A stretch of DNA of 64,000 bases from Planctomycetota bacterium. Lineage in GTDB: Bacteria; Planctomycetota; UBA1135; UBA2386. Positions 18,757 to 32,200 of this stretch are shown here, piece after piece (the first letter of the stretch is position 1; each line of letters begins with the position of its first letter). Below the pieces are notes generated by a model. It made no database searches. It was not told the origin of the DNA and was given only the letters and a program-made list of their open reading frames with translations. The stretch spans positions 3,330 through 67,329 of the forward strand of contig JANPER010000150.1 in the NCBI GenBank assembly GCA_031423015.1, given 5' to 3'. Both the position numbers and the translations under genes were made by a program.

Positions 18757-19863
18757 ATGGCACAGATCGATGCCCTTCTCGAGCGCATGGAAGCGCTCCA
18801 GTCTTCCGACTTGCACCTCAAGGTCGACATGCGGCCGCGCTACCGCATCCATGGCTCGCTCGAGGAAGCGACCGACCTGCCGATGCTCGGCAAGGAGATG
18901 TTGGAGCGACTCACCAACGAGATCCTGAGCGACGAGCAGAAACGCCAACTGCAGGTCGGGCATGGGCTCGACTTCGCCTACGGCGGCCCGCGGATCGGTC
19001 GCTTCCGCTGCAACTACTTCGAGGATCACTGGGGCCGCGCCGCCGTGTTCCGCCGCATCCCGAGCAAGGTGCCCTCGCTGCTCGAACTCGGCATGCCGCG
19101 GATCGTCGAACGCCTCGCGCACCTCAAGCGGGGGTTGGTGTTGATCACTGGTGCCACCGGCGCCGGCAAGTCGTCGACGCTGGCGGCGTTGGTCGATCTC
19201 ATCAACAGCAACTACCGCAAGCACATCATCACGCTGGAAGACCCGATCGAGTTCTTGCACCCGATGAAGCGCTCGATCATCCACCAGCGCGGCGTGCACT
19301 ACGACATCAAGGACTTCGGGTCCGGCATCATCGCCGCGCTGCGCGAGTCGCCCGACGTGCTCGTGATCGGCGAGATGCGCGACCTCGACAGCATCCGGCA
19401 GGCGCTCACCGCCGCCGAGGTCGGCGTGCTGGTGTTCGCCACACTGCACACCAACAACGCGGCCGGGTCGATCGACCGCATCATCGACGTGTTCCCGCCC
19501 GAGGAGCAACCACAGGTCCGCGTGCAGTTGGCGCAGAGCCTGGCCGGTGTGGTGTCGCAAGCCCTGTTGCGCCGCCGCCTAGGCACGGGTCGCGTGCCAG
19601 CCGCGGAGATCTTGGTGTGCAACACCGCGGTGAGCAACATCGTGCGCGAGGGGCGCACGCAGGATCTCGTCACCGTGCTGCAGGGCGGCAAGAGCCAAGG
19701 CATGCAGACCATGGACGACTCGTTGGAGCAGCTGGTGCAGCACGGCGTGGTAGACGCCGACGAAGCCTGCCTCCACGCGCAGAACAAGCCGCGCTTCGAG
19801 CGCTTGGTCGGCAAGAGCGATGTCGCCGGCAGTGGGCGGCGCCCGGCAGTCGCGCCGCGTTAG
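18757..19863 (+). CDS. pilT: Type IV pilus retraction ATPase PilT family
   Basis: The N-terminus has SDLHLKV. Walker A is GATGAGKSST, followed by ITLEDPIEF, Walker B SPDVLVIGEMRD, the His box LVFATLHTNNA and AVSNIVREGR. It lies 22 nt after the preceding ATPase gene. Confidence 0.88.
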   Translation: MAQIDALLERMEALQSSDLHLKVDMRPRYRIHGSLEEATDLPMLGKEMLERLTNEILSDEQKRQLQVGHGLDFAYGGPRIGRFRCNYFEDHWGRAAVFRRIPSKVPSLLELGMPRIVERLAHLKRGLVLITGATGAGKSSTLAALVDLINSNYRKHIITLEDPIEFLHPMKRSIIHQRGVHYDIKDFGSGIIAALRESPDVLVIGEMRDLDSIRQALTAAEVGVLVFATLHTNNAAGSIDRIIDVFPPEEQPQVRVQLAQSLAGVVSQALLRRRLGTGRVPAAEILVCNTAVSNIVREGRTQDLVTVLQGGKSQGMQTMDDSLEQLVQHGVVDADEACLHAQNKPRFERLVGKSDVAGSGRRPAVAPR

Positions 19864-19865
19864 GG

Positions 19866-20432
19866 CTACTGCTTGGCGACGAAGTCCCAGTTCACCAGGC
19901 TCCACCAGCTCTCGACGTACTTCTTGCGGTCGTTGCGATGGTCCACGTAGTAGGCGTGTTCCCAGACGTCGCAGGTCAGCAAGCACTTGTCACCCGTGCG
20001 CAGCGGCGTGTCGGCGTTGGTCGTGGTGACGATCTCCAGGCCGGCCGGCTTGCGCACGAGCCAGGCCCAGCCGGACCCGAACTGCGCTAGAGCGGCGCTC
20101 GTGAACTTCGCCTGGAACGCGGCGAACGAGCCGAAGGCTCTGTCGATCGCTTGGGCGAGCGGGCCGCGCAGCGTCGTCTTGTCGGGCGACATGCAGTTCC
20201 AATAGAGCGAGTGGTTCCAGACTTGCGCGGCGTTGTTGAACACCGGCCCGGTGGCCGTCTTGATCAACTCCTCGAGGGACTTGCCAGTCAGCCCCTGCAC
20301 TTCGGCCAGCTCGTTGAGCTTGTCGACGTAGGCGCGATGGTGCTTGCCGTAGTGGAAGGCGATCGTCTCGGCCGAAATCACGGGGGCGAGCGCCTTGTCG
20401 GAATAGGGGAGGGCTGGGAGTTCGAATGTCAC
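19866..20432 (-). CDS. sodB: Fe-type superoxide dismutase
   Basis: The ORF is trimmed to the GTG at 20432 (VTFELPALPY...). Motifs are HYGKHH, FNNAAQVWNHSLYW (the Gln position is typical of the Fe type) and DVWEHAYY. Confidence 0.88.
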   Translation of the reverse strand: MTFELPALPYSDKALAPVISAETIAFHYGKHHRAYVDKLNELAEVQGLTGKSLEELIKTATGPVFNNAAQVWNHSLYWNCMSPDKTTLRGPLAQAIDRAFGSFAAFQAKFTSAALAQFGSGWAWLVRKPAGLEIVTTTNADTPLRTGDKCLLTCDVWEHAYYVDHRNDRKKYVESWWSLVNWDFVAKQ

Positions 20433-20738
20433 GTCGGCATGTGCGTCGCGAGCGCGGTAGGGGCAAGTGCAAACCTGACTCCTCTCAGCGTGGCCGGCGG
20501 CCAGCCAACGTGGCTGATGTCGGCGCAGCGCCACCAGCATCGACCCAGCTTGCTGGGTCGCCAGAGCCATGCCGCGCTCTGGCGCGGCATGGCTCGAGAG
20601 GCCGCCGACGCTGTTGTTTCTGGGTCGCTTCTCTTGCCGCTGCCGCCTACCGAATCTTCGCGCCACGCGAAGAACCGCGGCAAGAGAAGCTCAGCAACAG
20701 AGCTGGCACGCAGCGGACGACGTGCTCCAATCGTGGCG

Positions 20739-21110
20739 ATGACCGTCGTCACAAGGGCCAGACTTGGCCTGGCCCTGGCCGCGCTCCCGTTGCTGCTCGT
20801 CTCGGTGCGCTGCACCAAGGCGCCGCCCGCCGTGCCGCTGTCAGCTGCGGGTGAACGCGGCCGCATCGCCTTCGCGACGTTCTGCTTCCCCTGCCACAGT
20901 CCGATCAACCCGCATCGCAACGGGCAGCTCGGGCCGGCGGTGGCGCGTTCCAGCAAGGAGCTGCTGGAAGCCAAAGTGCTGAGCGGCACATACCCGCCTG
21001 GCTATCAACCGAAGCAGGCCGGCGCCCAGATGGTGCCGTTGCCGCACGTCAAGGCGCAGCTCGGCGACATCGAGGCCTTCTTGGCCGAAGTGCCCGAACC
21101 TGTGGACTAA
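20739..21110 (+). CDS. Small secreted class I c-type cytochrome
   Basis: ATG at 20739 lies inside ORF 20151..21110. The signal-like segment is LGLALAALPLLLVSVRC. There is a single CXXCH heme motif (CFPCH) and a distal Met candidate (AQMVPLP). Confidence 0.6.
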   Translation: MTVVTRARLGLALAALPLLLVSVRCTKAPPAVPLSAAGERGRIAFATFCFPCHSPINPHRNGQLGPAVARSSKELLEAKVLSGTYPPGYQPKQAGAQMVPLPHVKAQLGDIEAFLAEVPEPVD

Positions 21111-21120
21111 CCGCGGCGCG

Positions 21121-21852
21121 TCAGCTCGCGCTGAGGGTGAGCCGAATCACCGCGAAGAGCAGCGCCGTCAACACGAAGCCGGCGGTGATGAAGCCGCGCA
21201 CCGACTTGAGCGGCTTCTGCGTCACGTCGGTGCCCGCGAGGCCGTTCCACTCGCACGCCAGTACGATTGCCAACGCGATGCCCCAGTACACGCCCACGCT
21301 TTGGCTCTGCACGAGCCCCGACAGGTGGCTCGCGGAACCCATGAAGAACAACATCGGGATCGACAGCATCGCGTTGGTACGCGACACCATGCCGGCCTTC
21401 TTGCCGCGCGCCGCCGCCTCGGCGATTGGCTGACCGCCGGCTGCGACTTGTTCGGCTGAGGCGATCACCACCTTCTGCGCCGGCCAGATGACGAACCAAA
21501 CGTTGAACCACATCAGCGTGCCCATCAAGCTGCCGGTGAGGATCAGGGTCATGTACGGGCCGCTCATCGGCGCGCCCTGGCGCCGCATCAGCTCGATCAT
21601 TCCGAGCCCGCTGATGAGGGTGAACATCGCGCCCCAGCGGAACCACCACAGCGCCGACGGCACGACGTTGCGCACCATGCCGCCCTTGACCGCCTTCAGC
21701 GGGTCGTTCGCCGGCGCCGCGTCGGCCTTGCCGAAGAACGGCGTCTGCACCAGGTTGAAGTAATAGAGCATGCCGATCCAGGCGATGCCGGCCAGGAAGT
21801 GCAACCAGCGGAGCAGGAAGAGAAGGCCGTTCTGATCGAGCAGGATGTCCAT
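21121..21852 (-). CDS. Polytopic membrane protein resembling the N-terminal membrane domain of urate hydroxylase PuuD
   Basis: The N-terminus LLFLLRWLHFLAGIAWIGMLYYFNLVQ resembles my recollection of the PuuD/DUF989-type start (LLRW.H...AIAWIG.S.YF). About 6 hydrophobic helices are visible. No heme motif is present in this ORF. Confidence 0.45.
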   Translation of the reverse strand: MDILLDQNGLLFLLRWLHFLAGIAWIGMLYYFNLVQTPFFGKADAAPANDPLKAVKGGMVRNVVPSALWWFRWGAMFTLISGLGMIELMRRQGAPMSGPYMTLILTGSLMGTLMWFNVWFVIWPAQKVVIASAEQVAAGGQPIAEAAARGKKAGMVSRTNAMLSIPMLFFMGSASHLSGLVQSQSVGVYWGIALAIVLACEWNGLAGTDVTQKPLKSVRGFITAGFVLTALLFAVIRLTLSAS

Positions 21853-22020
21853 CGTTCTTTCGTTTCGACGCAGCGACGACGCGGCAGGTGGTGCCGCGGA
21901 GGGGGCGGGATCTTAGCCCGATCGCCGGCGGTGCCCGCAAGCGAAACGGTGACCGGCACCGCGACCTCTTGGGGAGTGGGTTCAGGGCCTTGTTCTCACA
22001 TCACAGCCCGGTGGGGCGCG

Positions 22021-23262
22021 TCACCGCACTTGCAGGCGGATCCCCGGCGTCGCGGACAGTCCCTGCGCCGACCCCAGATCCAGGTAGACCGACTGGAAGA
22101 AGAAGTCGGTGTTGAGGAGGTGCGTGTTGTCCGGGATCGTGAGCGGCACGGCAAACGTGCCACTTGGCGTCAGCGAATGTGGGATCGAAACCGTCGGGGT
22201 CACCAAGATGGTCGCGCCGAGGAAGGTGAACGAGGCCTGCTGTACGCCGACCAGCATGATGCCCGAGGTCGAAGCCAGTCCGGCGCTGACCGCAATCGCC
22301 ACCGATTGGTTGCGCGCGAAGCAGCCCTCGCTGGTGATCTGTGGAATCACCAATCCTGTACCCGGCGTACCGGCGCCGTAGCTGACCACAGGGCCGCACG
22401 GCAAGCCGAAGCCGCGCACGCCGAGCACACGGTTGGCGCCGCCAAATGTGCTGAATACGAAGTCGCCCGAGATTGGGTCGATTGCCGCGCCCTCGGCACC
22501 GGTGAGGCCGTCCATGAACACGCGACGCGTCGAGAGCCTGGGATCACCGTTGGCGTCGATGTCGTAGACCGTCACCGCGCCGCTGCCGTACTCGCACACC
22601 ACCATGCTTTGGAAGTTCACGAACTGCGGCGAGTCCGGCGGCACGTAGAAGAAGCCCTCGACACCGCCGGCGATCGTGGCCCCTTGAGGCACGTTGGCCA
22701 GGGCGAGGTCGTAGGTTCCGTTGCCGTCGGGTGTCACCGTCAACGTGTAGAAAGAACTGCAGCTGTACGAGGCGACCTTCAGACGTCCGGAGTTGGGGAA
22801 ACCCGCGGGGACGAACGACAGAGCACCCACCGACCCGCACACCGAGAACGGCGCGAGTGGGATGACCCGGTCGGTCACGGTACTGCCGGGACGAATCTGT
22901 CCCACTTCGTTGGCGCTGTACCGCGTGTAGAACATGACGCCGCCCGGGCCGAACTGTGCGCCACCATCGTTGCTTGCCGCCGCCGCGACGAGGGTGGCTG
23001 CGCCGTTGAAACCCGTGATGTGGTTGTTGGCGTCTCGTGTGATCGCGATGCGAAACAGCTGCCCCAGGGAGCCGTTCGCACCACCCATCACGTAGAGGTT
23101 GTTCGGCTCACCAATCTTGAAGGCCACCCCGCCGAGATTGGCCGGCACGCCGCTCGGAGACCCGAAGTCGACATAGGAGTAACTGGCCGCGAACGGCGCG
23201 CGGATGGTCTGCGCTGCGAGTTGGGCGCACGCGAGAACGAGAACGATGGAATGGCGTTGCAT
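22021..23262 (-). CDS. Secreted hypothetical protein (beta-rich) with shared C-terminal module
   Basis: ATG at 23262 lies inside ORF 22021..23376. The signal peptide is MQRHSIVLVLACAQLAAQ. The body is Gly/Asn-rich and beta-strand-like. The last ~90 aa align with the CotH protein tail. Confidence 0.6.
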   Translation of the reverse strand: MQRHSIVLVLACAQLAAQTIRAPFAASYSYVDFGSPSGVPANLGGVAFKIGEPNNLYVMGGANGSLGQLFRIAITRDANNHITGFNGAATLVAAAASNDGGAQFGPGGVMFYTRYSANEVGQIRPGSTVTDRVIPLAPFSVCGSVGALSFVPAGFPNSGRLKVASYSCSSFYTLTVTPDGNGTYDLALANVPQGATIAGGVEGFFYVPPDSPQFVNFQSMVVCEYGSGAVTVYDIDANGDPRLSTRRVFMDGLTGAEGAAIDPISGDFVFSTFGGANRVLGVRGFGLPCGPVVSYGAGTPGTGLVIPQITSEGCFARNQSVAIAVSAGLASTSGIMLVGVQQASFTFLGATILVTPTVSIPHSLTPSGTFAVPLTIPDNTHLLNTDFFFQSVYLDLGSAQGLSATPGIRLQVR

Positions 23263-23409
23263 GCGCGAGGAGCATACATCGCCTCGTCGACGGCAACCGA
23301 CTGCTTGCGTCAGTGCGAGCGCCTGGCTGGATGACCACGCTGGCATCGGCGTTGTGAGTGTCCATCCCTCGGACATCGTTCGGTGCGTCGCGGGTGAACC
23401 AATGCGTGG

Positions 23410-24237
23410 CTACGGCGGAGTGAGGCGCACGATGAACTCGCGGATCTGCGTTAGCGCCGCCTCATCCTCCAACCAGTCGACGTGGCCGCGGCCGGGCAAC
23501 TCGATCAAGCGGGCGCGTGGGCCGAGCGCGGCGGCGAGGGTCCGCGCGGCCGCCACCGGCACGGCGTCGTCGAGCGTGCCGTGCACGAGCAACGTGTCCA
23601 CCCGGCTGTCGCGCGTTTGCTCCACCGCGTCGTACACGTCGGCGAACGACCACGGCGCCCACCATGCGTCCTGCGTCACTTGGATCTGGTCGTAGGCTGA
23701 CAGCAATACCAGCGACGCGGGCGGCGTGCCGCGCGCGGTCGCGAGGCCAGCGAGGCGAAGGTTGAGCGCGGTGCCGAGCGAGAACGAGACCAAGTGAATG
23801 CGCTGGGGCTCGGCGCCGTGCTTGGTTTGCAGGCGCGCGTAGACCTTCTCGCTATCGGCCGCGAACGCGGCGGCGCTCGGCGTGCCCAGAGACCCGTCGA
23901 AGCCGCGATACGCCCACACTGCGAGGCCGAGCCCCGATCCGGCGGCGAGTCGCTCCAGCAGGCTTTGCGCTCCCCGCAGCACGTCGCCGCCGTTGCCAGG
24001 CAGAAAGAGGAGCCACGCGCCCGGCTTGCCGGTCGGCTGGCGCACCAGGCCGCGCAGCGTCACGCCGGGCTCGACCTCGAACTCGTCGGCCACGAAACCG
24101 GGCCGCGCGGCGAGCTGGGCAAAATCCGCTGCCGCGAGCTGGGTCGGCTGGTAGCGGAACCGATGGCGATTCTTGGCAGCAATCACGGCGAGCGCGATCG
24201 CCGCTCCGAGCAGCACGGCGACGAGGATCTTGAGCAT
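23410..24237 (-). CDS. Membrane-anchored alpha/beta hydrolase
   Basis: ATG at 24237 (MLKILVAVLLGAAIALAVIAA, an N-terminal TM helix). The nucleophile elbow is HLVSFSLGT (SxSxG variant). Acid and His candidates are HGTLDDAVP and GRGHVDW. It is divergent from the NRPS gene. Confidence 0.7.
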   Translation of the reverse strand: MLKILVAVLLGAAIALAVIAAKNRHRFRYQPTQLAAADFAQLAARPGFVADEFEVEPGVTLRGLVRQPTGKPGAWLLFLPGNGGDVLRGAQSLLERLAAGSGLGLAVWAYRGFDGSLGTPSAAAFAADSEKVYARLQTKHGAEPQRIHLVSFSLGTALNLRLAGLATARGTPPASLVLLSAYDQIQVTQDAWWAPWSFADVYDAVEQTRDSRVDTLLVHGTLDDAVPVAAARTLAAALGPRARLIELPGRGHVDWLEDEAALTQIREFIVRLTPP

Positions 24238-24310
24238 CCGAGCCGACTCTACGTCGCCGGTCAGCCGGTGAAACAACCGCGGTCGCGTTCTCGTTTGCCT
24301 CGCCCGGGTG

Positions 24311-24331
24311 GCTGTCGCGAATTGCGACAGC
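24311..24331. promoter_or_regulatory. Candidate operator: 8-bp inverted repeat GCTGTCGC-gaatt-GCGACAGC in the divergent hydrolase/NRPS intergenic region
   Basis: Read directly from the DNA. It lies within the 223-bp divergent region 24238-24460. A TAGAAT -10-like hexamer sits at 24457-24462. Confidence 0.3.
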
Positions 24332-24460
24332 ACCAACCCCCGGCGGATCGCCAGCGGATCGCACCCGCGGTCAAGGTCTGCGGCTCCGCGCACCGAACTA
24401 CGATGCGGGAGGCCAGAGTTCGGCCACGTCTCGTGTGGTCGCCGGATTTCTCTGCCTAGA

Positions 24461-29269
<4,809 letters not shown>

Positions 29270-29275
29270 GAATGC

Positions 29276-32200
29276 ATGGCTGAACATCACGCAGGTGACG
29301 GCAGCGCCGCCGCTGATGCGGCCGCGACCGACATCGCCATCGTCGGCATGGCCTGCCGCGTGCCCGGCGCCAACAACGCGCGCGAGTTGTGGGCCAACGT
29401 GCGCGGCAAGGTGGAGTCGATTCGGCGTTACACCGACGACGAACTGCGCGCCGCCGGCGTCGAGGAGGCGCTGCTCGCCAACCCCAACTACGTGCGCGCC
29501 GGTGGCTCGCTCGATGCGATGGAGATGTTCGACGCCGGCTACTTCGGCTTCGGACCGCGCGACGCCGCGATCATGGATCCGCAGCACCGGCACTTCTTGG
29601 AGTGCTGCGTTGAAGCGCTGGAAGACGCTGGCTTGCCGCCGGCGCGCTTCAAGGGCGCGATCGGTCTGTTCGCCGGCTGCGGCATGGGCGCCTACTTCGC
29701 CTACAACATTCTGACGCAGCCCGACCTGCTCGAGAACGTGGGCTTGTTCTTGCTGCGGCACACCGGCAACGACAAGGACTTCTTGGCCACGCGCGCCTCG
29801 TACTGCCTGAACCTGCGCGGCCCGTCGGTGTCGGTGCAGACCGCGTGCTCTACGTCGTTGGTCGCGGTGCACCTCGCCTGCCAGAGTCTGCTGGCGATGG
29901 AGTGCGACATGGCGCTCGCCGGCGGCGTCACCATCGAGCAGCCGCACCGGCACGGCTACTTGTTCAAGGAGAACGAGGTGCTGTCGCCCGACGGACACTG
30001 CCGCGCGTTCGCGGCCGAGTCCAAGGGCACCGTGCTCACCAGCGGTCTCGGTGTCGTGGCCGTGCGCCGCCTGGCCGACGCGCTGCGCGACGGCGATCCG
30101 ATCCACGCGGTGATCAAGGCTACCGCGGTCAACAACGATGGCTCCGGCAAGGTGGGCTACCTGGCGCCGAGCGTCGATGGCCACTCGGCGGTGGTCGCCG
30201 AGGCGTTGGCGCTGTCGGGGATCGACCCGGAGACGATCACGCTGTTCGAAGCGCACGGCACCGGCACGCAGGTGGGCGATCCGATCGAGATCGCGGCCCT
30301 CACCCAGGCCTATCAGGCGCAATCCAAGAAGACGAGCTACTGCGCGATCAGCTCGCTCAAGACCAACATCGGTCACCTCGACACGGCGGCTGGCGTTGCC
30401 GGCTTGATCAAGGTCGCCAGCGCGCTGACCCACAAGGAGCTGCCGCCGAGTCTGCACTTCGACCAGCCGAACCCGATCATCGACTTTGCGACGAGCCCGT
30501 TCTACGTCAACACCGAGTGCACGGCGTGGCCGCGGGGTGCGACGCCGCGGCGGGCGGGGCTGAGTTCGCTCGGCGTCGGCGGCACCAACGCGCACGCGAT
30601 TGTGGAAGAGGCTCCAGCCGCCAAGACGACGGCGTTGGCTGAGCCATGGCAGCTCCTGCTGTTCTCGGGCAAGAGCCAGCGGTCGGCGGAGGGCAACGTC
30701 GAGCGTCTGCGCCAGCACCTGCAAGCGCAGCCGACGCTGAACCTCGCCGACGTCGCGTTCACGTTGGAAAGCGGCCGCGAGGCGCACGTTCAGCGCCGCG
30801 CGTACGCGGTGCGCGATGCAGCGCACGCCGTCGAGGTGTTGCAGAGCAAGGACGCCAAGGTGCTCGCGTCCGGCGCCGCGCAAGAGCGCGAGCCGAGCGT
30901 AGTGTTCATGTTCCCCGGCGGCGGCGCCCAGTACGTGGGCATGGGGCGCGACCTCTACGCGCGCTACCCGGTGTACCGGCAAGCGATCGACCAGTGCCTC
31001 GACGTGCTGCGACCGCTGCTGCCCGAGGATCTGCGCCCGCTGCTTTTCGCGGCGCCGGGCGAGGGCGACGCCGCCGAGCGCATTCAGGGCCCGCTGGCGT
31101 TGCCGGTGTTGTTCGCCACCGAGTACGCCCTGGCTCAGCTGTGGATGTCGTGGGGCATCGAACCCGCAGCGATGACGGGCCACAGCCTCGGCGAGTACAC
31201 CGCGGCGTGTTTGGCCGGCGTCATGTCGCTGCCCGACGCACTCGCGCTGGTACTGCTGCGTTCGCGCCTGCTGACCACGGTGCCGACCGGCGCGGTGCTC
31301 AGCGTGCCGCTGCCGGAGAGCGAAGTGCGACCGCTGCTGGGCGTGGAGTTGTCGCTGGCGGCGGTCAACGGCCCGGAGCTGTGCGCGGTGTCAGGCCCCG
31401 AACACGCAGTGGCGGCGCTCGAAGCCGTGCTCGCCGCGCGCGACGTCGAGGGCCGACGGCTGAAGATCTCGGTGGCCGCGCACTCGGCGATGCTCGACCC
31501 GATCCTCGACGAGTTCCGCGCCGGGGTGCGCAAGATGAAGTTGCAGGCGCCGAAACGTCGCTTCATCAGCAACCTCACTGGAACCTGGGCCGAGGCCAGC
31601 GAGGTGACTTCGCCGGAGTATTGGGTGCGCCACCTGCGCCACACGGTGCGCTTCGCCGACGGCATGGCGACGCTGATGGCCGACAAGCACCGCGTGTTCC
31701 TCGAAGTCGGGCCGGGCACGACGATGTGCACGCTGGCGCGCATGCAGCGCGCCAAGGCCGCCACGCACGAGGTGATCGCCTGCTTGCGGCATCCGCAGGA
31801 GCCGGCCGACGACGTGCAGTTCCTGTTGACGGCGCTCGGGCGCGTGTGGTGCGCCGGCAAGAACCCAGACTGGAGCATGCTGCGCGGCAAAGCGCCGCGG
31901 CGCCGCCTGTCGCTGCCGACCTACGCGTTCGATCACCAGCGTTACTTCATCGAGCCGGGCAAGCGCGCGTTGGCGGGACTCAACACCGACCTCAGTCTGA
32001 CGCGCATCGGCGACGTACGCGATTGGTTCCACCGGCCGAGCTGGCATCCGTCCGCGTTGCCGCCGGGTGGCGTGGCGGCAAGCACGCGCTTCGTGTTGTT
32101 CCTCGACGAGGACGGTCCGGGCGAAGCGCTCGCCGAGAAGCTCGGCACGCGTGGCCACCAGGTCGTGCGCGTGATGCGGGGACCGTCGTTTCAGAGCGTC

